Assembly (NCBI GenBank): GCA_938092135.1
Contig: CALLJL010000019.1
Span: 27,211 to 91,210, forward strand
Direction: 5' to 3'
Origin: an uncultured bacterium
Lineage (GTDB): Bacteria; Acidobacteriota; Aminicenantia; Aminicenantales; CALLJL01
DNA: 64,000 nucleotides
Part shown: positions 59,357-64,000 of the stretch, piece by piece
Layout of the letters: each line of letters starts with the position of its first letter
Position numbering within the stretch: position 1 is the stretch's first letter
Made by a program: the position numbers and the translations under genes
The notes under the pieces: model-generated
Told to the model about the DNA's origin: nothing
The model's database searches: none
Seen by the model: the letters and a program-made list of their open reading frames with translations, nothing else

Positions 59357-62300
59357 TCAGGCCGTGTTTGATTGTCGAAAAATTTTTTGTTTAAGAAAAT
59401 GAAGATAGGGTCTGATCTGTTCATTGGGATTATGGATTCCATCATAATAAAGATTAATGACCGGAATTTTCCATTTTTCTTCCACCCATTGGGCTAAGGG
59501 AACGGTGACCACTCCAGGACAACAATAGATAGGATTGATATGCAGGAAAGCATCAGGCCTTACTTCGCTTAAAGAATGATTAATTTTCGCCAAATTAATG
59601 GCCGTTTCGCCATCGAGTTCCTCAGGTAGACCTAATTGTCTGATTTTTCTCAAGGAAGAAAAATTGAGGGGCTTCGATTTATAGCCTATTACATTTTCAA
59701 TCATCCCACGCCAGCGACGATCATTAATTCGAAGAAAAAGCTGAAGAGCAGCCGTTCGGGCAAATTCAAGCCAATGCTGATTTTTCCAGGCTCGGGCAAG
59801 CCGATTCAGATGACTGAAATGAGTGATATCCACGAGACTGGCTGGAATAACCTCCCCTCCGGCTGATTCAATTTCTTTCTCCACCTTCAGGTTAAATTCT
59901 GGATTGGCAATTACATATAAATCCCCGATGATGGCTACTTTAGGCCTCGACTCTTCTTTCTCTATCGGAATTGAAGCGAAATCTCTGACTACCTGACGAA
60001 AAGCCTCATTTAAATTTAGTCGCCTGCGAATGGCCGAGGAAAGCTCTCTTAGAGCTTTCTGCCAGATTTCTTCTGTTTCTCCTTTATTTTTCTCATAGGG
60101 CCTTATCTTGGTTAGAAGAAGCCTCAAATTGTCTGCCAAGCAGTAGGCATGAAAAAGCATCAAGGAAAGCTCGGCGGGTTCATGTTGATTAACTAGGGCG
60201 GTTGTAAAGATTTCGACATCGCCCAGTCCTATTTTATCAAGAAGCAATTTTATTAGAACAGGAATCTGGGGAAAATTACAGCTATAAAAAGAGGTGGGAA
60301 TTGCCAGGCCAACCTTCGAAGGTTGAATTTTTTCCTTTTCTAAGGTCTCGATAAAACTGCCCAAAAGAGCTGCTGTGGGTAAGCATTCGCCACCATTGAC
60401 CAACCTTAGGCCGCGATAAATCGTCTCCTGATTTTCCCGAGCCAATAAAGCCTCATAGCCAAAACGTTCAAGACAGGCCACGGCTAAAGCTGAGGCTGTA
60501 TCGTCCACATGAGGCACAATCCAAAGGCGATCTTTTTTTAAATTGGAGAAACTGAAAAGGGGAGCTTTTTCTTTCATTTTTGGCTTCCATTGCCGAAAAC
60601 TCTCAATCGCTGCCTCAATTCTCGTTCGATAACCAATGTCAGAGGTGAGGCCATCGAGCTGAAGGATTAGATAAGGTTTATGAGCTCTTTCCATTAGATT
60701 TCGAAAGTAAGTCAGAAGAAAGGAATCAGGGCTACAACGAAAATTGGTAACGAAAATAGGAAACAAACGATCATCCTCAGCTGCTCGATGGGCCGCCTGC
60801 ATGATGATCTGTCCATAGTGCCAGTGAATAAAATAATTCTCCCCTTCGTTTCCATTTTGATTAGCAAGCATCTCCGGCTTTAAAACAATCAGCCCATAGT
60901 CGGCCATAATTTCGGGCAAATTTTGATTCAGGAGAGAAATATTTAAATTATAGGGTCGCCCTAAAAGAATAACAGCCCACTCGCTTTCTTTAAGAGAATC
61001 CAGAATTTTTTGGCCCTCATTAATCTGCCTTTCCCTTTCGAGTTTCCAAGCTTCTTTAGCCTTTTTCCAGGCCAGGAAAACCTCTTTTTCCCCTATTCTG
61101 TCTATCTTTTTCAGCGCTTCCGAAAGGGAAGAAATATTTCTTTTATCGGACCAGCGCCAGTTAATCAGGGGGGAAAGAAGCTCCCCTTTTTTCATCTCAA
61201 GGGAATGGCGAAGAACGAGCGGCAAATAAGCGGTAAAGTAACAATAAAAACGAGGCAAGGGGGACTTTTGACCAGAATCTGGCCCCTCTAAAAATATAGG
61301 AAAAAAAACGACTTCACACCCGGAATCAAAGAGGCTTTTCACTTGACCATGGCTCAAATAGATAGGAGCACAAAACTCAGCCCTGGCTAGACTCTGGCCA
61401 TGGCCAAGTAAATCTTCGTTGTTTTTGGGCGTGACGATTTCAAAGCCAAGAGAGGTAAAGAAAACTCTCCAGAAATACTCGGTTTCACTTAAGGGAAGAA
61501 TAATAGGTAAACCAATTTTTTTCTCTCTCTTTATAGTAGCTGTTGATTCTTTTGCTCGAATAGAAGAGGGCAAGATCTCAGATCTGGGGAGAATCGAGCG
61601 ACGGGACAGGCGCTTTCTTTTGGCCTCATCTTCCCGACCACATTGAAAGCCCCAGGCAGCTAATGATTGACCAACGCGCACAACGGTAATTCGACAATTG
61701 TTAGGACAGAGATCACAGATCTCAATTTTTTGCTCGATAGGTTGATGGCCAAAGTTCAGGCCTGAAAACTTGGTCGTTTCAATTTTATTTAGTCTAGCGA
61801 GAAGGGCAGCGCCATAAGCTCCGGCTAAATGGGGAAAGGGATGAACATAAATCGGCTTATTTAGGGCCACTTCAAAGGCAGCAACAAGGCCGCGGTTACG
61901 AGCTGTCGCCCCTTGGAAACAGATTTTATTCCCGATTTTGGCTTGACCGACCACCCGGATTAAATAGTTATCCCTAACTGAGTGTAAAGCTGAGGCTAAA
62001 AGTTCCCTCTTGGACCAACCCTCAGCCAGCAGACGACTCAAATCCCTCTCCATATAAACGGTACACCGATCAGATATGGCTGGGCCGCAAGTTTCCGTGA
62101 TCAAGTCATCATAGGCTGAAAGGGGCACCCCTAATTTCTGGGCCTGTTCCTCTAAAAAGGACCCAGTGCCAGCGGCGCAGATCGTATTCATCAATGATTG
62201 AACAACAGCCCCGTCCTGCAAACGAATGAATTTTGAATCTTGGCCACCAATTTCAATAACCGTATCCACTTCGGGTAAATAATTAACAGCCGAAAAGGCA

Positions 62301-63499
62301 TGGGCTGTAACTTCATTGATGACCAGGTCGGCTCCAATAAGCTGACCAATAAGGGCCCGGCCAGAGCCAGTTGTGGCTACCCCAAGCCATCTCCAGTTTA
62401 TCCTTTTCTTCTGGCTATAGAAATCAAGCCAGCGAAAAAGTCGCTGAGTGGCAGCTATAGGTGCTGCAGCTGTTCGGGTATATAGACCAAGGATGATTGA
62501 ACCTGATTCATCGACCAGGGCCATCTTAGTGCTGGTTGAACCAATATCCAGTCCCAAAAAAGACCTGATAGCTGAATCAGACTCAGGAGCTTTAAAAAGA
62601 CTAATTTCTATGCCCTCTTCCTCCCAAATTTCCCCTTTCTTCGAGTCCGAAAGAGGCGACTTTTCAATTTTAAGCGGCGGATTTAAAGGTCTCTTTATTG
62701 AATCCTTTTTAAATTTTGAGGATAATAGATCATCAACATAAGCTTCCCTCGAAGCAAGAAGGGCCGCACCGATAGCAACTACAATTTCGCCCTGGGGAAC
62801 GGGTTTAACTTCAATCCCTAAAAGCTCCTGGAGCGATAATAAAAGGCGTCGATGAAGGGAGGCACCACCGGCCACATAAAGGGGAGATTCAATTTTTCTC
62901 CCCTTAATAAGGGAATCAGCAATAGCCCTGGCAACTCCTTGGCTTATACCTGCCGCAATACTAGCCACAGAGTAACCTTCTTGTTGGCGATGAATAAGAT
63001 CGGTTCGAGCAAAGACTGCACAGCGAGTAGCAATTGAGGGGATTTCACCTTTATAGTCGTGGGCAAGCCTTTCCATTTCCTCCAGACTGAGTCTCAGGCG
63101 CGCGGCTTGCTGCTCAAGAAAAGAACCAGTTCCGGAAGCGCAATCGCTATTGCTAATGTGACGCCGATAATTTCCTTCCTCATCGAGCTCAATAAGACGT
63201 ATTTTTTCGCCGCCAATGATAAGAAGAGAGCGGAAATTATGACCAATAGCCCATTTGGTCCCTTCAATAGCGGCCACAATTTCATCTATCTGAAATTCCG
63301 CTGGAAAAACCCTGGCTCCACTTCCAGTTAAAGCTATTTTTGTCTTGAGATGAGACCAGGCCGAAAGGATTAACTGTAGACATCCTGAAATATCGCCATA
63401 GTGGAAGCGATAAGCGGTAGCTTCAAGTTGACCAGATTTAAAGAAAGCGACTTTAATGGCTGCGGAGCCGATATCAATTCCCAGATAACATTCAGTCAT
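59357..63499 (-). CDS. Giant fusion protein: two BadF/BadG/BcrA/BcrD-type ATPase (CoA-substrate-specific enzyme activase, HgdC-like) domains plus 2-hydroxyacyl-CoA-dehydratase-like (DUF2229/HgdB-like) domains
   Basis: 1380 aa. The N-terminal part carries two actin-fold ATPase modules (LGIDIGSAAIKVAFF...; LGLDIGSTSTKMALV...), each with the CAAGTGSFLE motif. A Cys cluster CDLCPNNCRITVV...GFQCGRE follows, and then the dehydratase-like halves. Confidence 0.7.
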   Translation of the reverse strand: MTECYLGIDIGSAAIKVAFFKSGQLEATAYRFHYGDISGCLQLILSAWSHLKTKIALTGSGARVFPAEFQIDEIVAAIEGTKWAIGHNFRSLLIIGGEKIRLIELDEEGNYRRHISNSDCASGTGSFLEQQAARLRLSLEEMERLAHDYKGEIPSIATRCAVFARTDLIHRQQEGYSVASIAAGISQGVARAIADSLIKGRKIESPLYVAGGASLHRRLLLSLQELLGIEVKPVPQGEIVVAIGAALLASREAYVDDLLSSKFKKDSIKRPLNPPLKIEKSPLSDSKKGEIWEEEGIEISLFKAPESDSAIRSFLGLDIGSTSTKMALVDESGSIILGLYTRTAAAPIAATQRLFRWLDFYSQKKRINWRWLGVATTGSGRALIGQLIGADLVINEVTAHAFSAVNYLPEVDTVIEIGGQDSKFIRLQDGAVVQSLMNTICAAGTGSFLEEQAQKLGVPLSAYDDLITETCGPAISDRCTVYMERDLSRLLAEGWSKRELLASALHSVRDNYLIRVVGQAKIGNKICFQGATARNRGLVAAFEVALNKPIYVHPFPHLAGAYGAALLARLNKIETTKFSGLNFGHQPIEQKIEICDLCPNNCRITVVRVGQSLAAWGFQCGREDEAKRKRLSRRSILPRSEILPSSIRAKESTATIKREKKIGLPIILPLSETEYFWRVFFTSLGFEIVTPKNNEDLLGHGQSLARAEFCAPIYLSHGQVKSLFDSGCEVVFFPIFLEGPDSGQKSPLPRFYCYFTAYLPLVLRHSLEMKKGELLSPLINWRWSDKRNISSLSEALKKIDRIGEKEVFLAWKKAKEAWKLERERQINEGQKILDSLKESEWAVILLGRPYNLNISLLNQNLPEIMADYGLIVLKPEMLANQNGNEGENYFIHWHYGQIIMQAAHRAAEDDRLFPIFVTNFRCSPDSFLLTYFRNLMERAHKPYLILQLDGLTSDIGYRTRIEAAIESFRQWKPKMKEKAPLFSFSNLKKDRLWIVPHVDDTASALAVACLERFGYEALLARENQETIYRGLRLVNGGECLPTAALLGSFIETLEKEKIQPSKVGLAIPTSFYSCNFPQIPVLIKLLLDKIGLGDVEIFTTALVNQHEPAELSLMLFHAYCLADNLRLLLTKIRPYEKNKGETEEIWQKALRELSSAIRRRLNLNEAFRQVVRDFASIPIEKEESRPKVAIIGDLYVIANPEFNLKVEKEIESAGGEVIPASLVDITHFSHLNRLARAWKNQHWLEFARTAALQLFLRINDRRWRGMIENVIGYKSKPLNFSSLRKIRQLGLPEELDGETAINLAKINHSLSEVRPDAFLHINPIYCCPGVVTVPLAQWVEEKWKIPVINLYYDGIHNPNEQIRPYLHFLKQKIFRQSNTA

Positions 63500-63676
63500 G
63501 GGCCTTCCAGAATAAAGGAATTTAACCGGCTTCTTTTCACTTCTTAGAAGAAGAAAGATAATTTTATCATTTTTGTCAATATCATCAAAAAACTTAAATT
63601 ACAAGGCGAAACCTTTAATCAAATTTTATATAAATTTTCTTTTATATCTGGTTTTATATTAGGGGTGGCTTCTGGA

Positions 63677-64000
63677 TTAAAGAGAAGAAAGGAAGGTGCA
63701 ATTCATGGCTCGCAAGCAACCTTGGCCGTCGCGCCTGATTTCAGCCCGGAGATAACAGAGGGGTGGCTCACCAAAACTCAAACAGGGTCTTTGACCCACC
63801 CCTTCAAGCAAACCAGTTTCATCCTCAAAAAGAAAGAAATAATGAGGCCGACCCTTCGTCTCCTTTAACCTGGCATCAACCACTCGGACGAGAAGAACCA
63901 CCTCCTGCCCAACAAATTTCTCAAGATCAGCAATGCGCGCCTTTGGTCTTGGGCCATCAAAGAGAAGTAAGGGGTTGGCGTTTGGACTGAAGCCGAGAAC
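63677..64000 (-). CDS. dnaE: DNA polymerase III alpha subunit, C-terminal OB-fold end; partial, the rest lies beyond the window
   Basis: The minus-strand frame is open to the window edge. It reads ...FVGQEVVLLVRVVDARLKETKGRPHYFFLFEDETGLLEGV..., the DnaE C-terminal OB (tRNA_anti-like) signature v.vaG.v..vr...TkkG..maf.tLEDetG.iE. The listed 74-aa ORF is only the part after an internal Met. Confidence 0.5.
   Translation of the reverse strand, partial: VLGFSPNANPLLLFDGPRPKARIADLEKFVGQEVVLLVRVVDARLKETKGRPHYFFLFEDETGLLEGVGQRPCLSFGEPPLCYLRAEIRRDGQGCLRAMNCTFLSSL

Noticed and set aside
63665-63990. Plus-strand ORFs 63665..63868 and 63763..63990 at the window end
   Set aside because: They overlap the minus-strand frame, which shows a clear DnaE C-terminal OB-fold signature. 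They are reverse-frame artefacts.

Overview
This 64 kb window is a gene-dense, low-GC (about 40%) chromosomal segment from an anaerobe-like bacterium. About 55 protein genes lie on both strands, with two tRNA-Pro genes and no rRNA, CRISPR array or obvious mobile element.

Housekeeping content:
- secA, whose 3' part enters at the window start, guaB, a pspC-dNK-panBCD string, rarA, surE, a dedA-family gene and an ABC-F ATPase.
- A pstSCAB-pstB2 phosphate-uptake operon whose tail carries a DUF4097 protein and a membrane-anchored unknown where phoU would be expected.
- A meaB / methylmalonyl-CoA epimerase / acyl-CoA dehydrogenase operon.
- thiD-like, DUF72 + lysA-like decarboxylase, nitroreductase, and the C-terminus of dnaE at the window end.

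The most interesting region is a glycan-scavenging / HexNAc-salvage island at about 36.1-43.7 kb. It holds a GH29 alpha-L-fucosidase, a GH20-PA14 beta-hexosaminidase, a beta-lactamase-fold serine hydrolase, and a NahK-like anomeric N-acetylhexosamine 1-kinase paired with a sugar-1-phosphate nucleotidyltransferase. The GH20 gene is broken by three -1 frameshifts, each at a homopolymer.

A second unusual module, at 44.3-49.0 kb, is a ribbon-helix-helix regulator with a TGTAA-repeat operator candidate, an NTF2-like protein, and a 1286-aa orphan multi-TM sensor histidine kinase of NtrY type. No response regulator occurs anywhere in the window.

Other notable items:
- A decayed HflC/HflK (SPFH) pseudogene.
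- An M48 metalloprotease fused to a coiled coil and two zinc ribbons.
- A 1380-aa double-BadF/BcrA-ATPase plus dehydratase-like fusion protein.
- Two DUF362 Fe-S proteins.
- A Fur-box-like site over the promoter of an orphan TonB-dependent receptor.
- A strong sigma70-like promoter for pstS.
- A bidirectional terminator downstream of rarA.

All calls come from reading the translated ORFs and the DNA by eye. No database search was run.
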